64,000 nt of DNA from Podarcis pityusensis. Its lineage: Eukaryota. Below the pieces are notes generated by a model. It was not told the origin of the DNA, searched no databases, and saw only the letters and a program-made list of their open reading frames with translations. The stretch lies in NCBI GenBank assembly GCA_964106645.2, contig OZ067054.1. One strand, written 5' to 3'. This document shows, piece after piece, positions 62,821 through 64,000 of the stretch. The position numbers and the translations under genes were made by a program. Positions within the stretch are counted from its first letter, which is position 1. Every line of letters begins with the position of its first letter.

Positions 62821-64000
62821 ATATAAACTAACTGTAGAAAGCTGAGGGTCTTTAAATCTATTACACCCAAACCCCAGACTTTATTACTGTCTTCCATTCT
62901 GAGTGCATGTCACAACCAGGCTTGCCTTCGGTTTCACCCCAGTATAATACTCTGATCAGGCCTCTATGTGCGTTTCACAGGCAAAAACTTACAAATTGTA
63001 GAGCTATACCCTTCAGTTTGGAGTTAGCAGTGTGGACTTGAGAGAGCACAATTAGCTGCTTTTGGCTGGAAGGTAGAGAGTGTTGATTCCTGACTCAGCA
63101 ATTGCCTTTTATTTTAGGGTTTTCTTCAGCTCCTAAGATACGATTGTGCTTTCTTATTATGCCAGCCAGTTTAGAAATAATTATTTTCTAAGTTTATTTA
63201 ACTGATTGCAGTTTGTGTTGGGCCAATAAATCTAGTTGTTCAGTTAATTACAACTGGTGTGGTCTGATCCAAGGCTTTTCTAATTAACCTACTTATCTAA
63301 ACCAAGCCAATATCCTTTAAGAGTGAATGAGTGCTGACCTCTCTTGGAGAGTTAGGTGAGCAGAGATTGGGAACTGACAAAATGATGACTCAATCCACTA
63401 GTGAGACTTTTCCAGCCCATAGCAATGGAGTGCTGCTGCTCTGTTAGCCTCATTTATTGTTGGTTTAGTCCCAGTCATAAATGTGGAGAAATTAGACCCT
63501 TATTTGGCTCTTCTAGTGACTTCTGGGGTGCCAAGATTAGAAGACTCTCCAGGACCCAATGCAGATGCAAACAGGTGAAGGCTGACCATTTACATAGACT
63601 ATTAAAGATATATTTTTTAATGTTATGTTTTTACCTAAGGTCATAATAAAAAGTTCTTCTACTACTTAAAAATATGAAGTAGATAACCAAGGAGGAAGAG
63701 GTGATTTTTTTGCAGTTGGTTTTACCATCTTACTTATCTTTATTCATTTCAACAGTTAATGTACAGCTTAACACCTTGGTATCTAAGCAGTGTACAGTAA
63801 GATTACAAGCGATAAGATAAAATCAGTTAAAACTAACAATATAAATCAAAAAATTTACTTAAAATGCTTGCTTAAAAAAGGTGTACTAGATGTACTAAAA
63901 TCTAAAAAACTATAATTTGCAGCTATCACATGCAGTGCAGCAAAGCAATAATGCCTACAGGATGGCCAGCCAACTATCTTCCACCAGGGGTTCAATGGAC

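Noticed and set aside
50079-64000. NRG2 Ig-domain exon
   Set aside because: No acceptor followed by a TRPKLKKMK-like frame was found by eye; presumably beyond the window.

Overview
Eukaryotic, AT-rich, repeat-dense vertebrate DNA. The repeat set (lacertid-type Sauria/Squam1 SINEs, Squam3-like tRNA SINEs, BovB and other RTE, CR1, L2, L1, Penelope-like termini, many hAT and mariner MITEs) points to a squamate, most likely a lacertid lizard. Almost all ORFs in the track are spurious or transposon-derived. The one host coding exon I can support lies in a CpG island (~49250-50560): ATG 49931 to a phase-1 donor at 50078, encoding MSESRRR...PAKKRRGKGRGG...SGP. It resembles the short alternative N-terminus of neuregulin-2 as I recall it (the NRG1 type-I-like start), so the window is probably NRG2 intron 1 plus an internal promoter on the + strand. 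The downstream Ig exon was not found in the window. Most notable non-coding observations: (1) Penelope-type minimal hammerhead ribozyme motifs, two of them back to back in a 191-bp near-perfect palindrome with a 15-bp TSD; (2) a candidate unannotated promoter and structured non-coding first exon at ~28.6-28.9 kb; (3) a 31-nt head-only SINE insertion with its own TSD; (4) an unidentified structured 224-bp insert between 29-bp direct repeats; (5) several nested transposon insertions. All identifications were made by eye, with no database searches.
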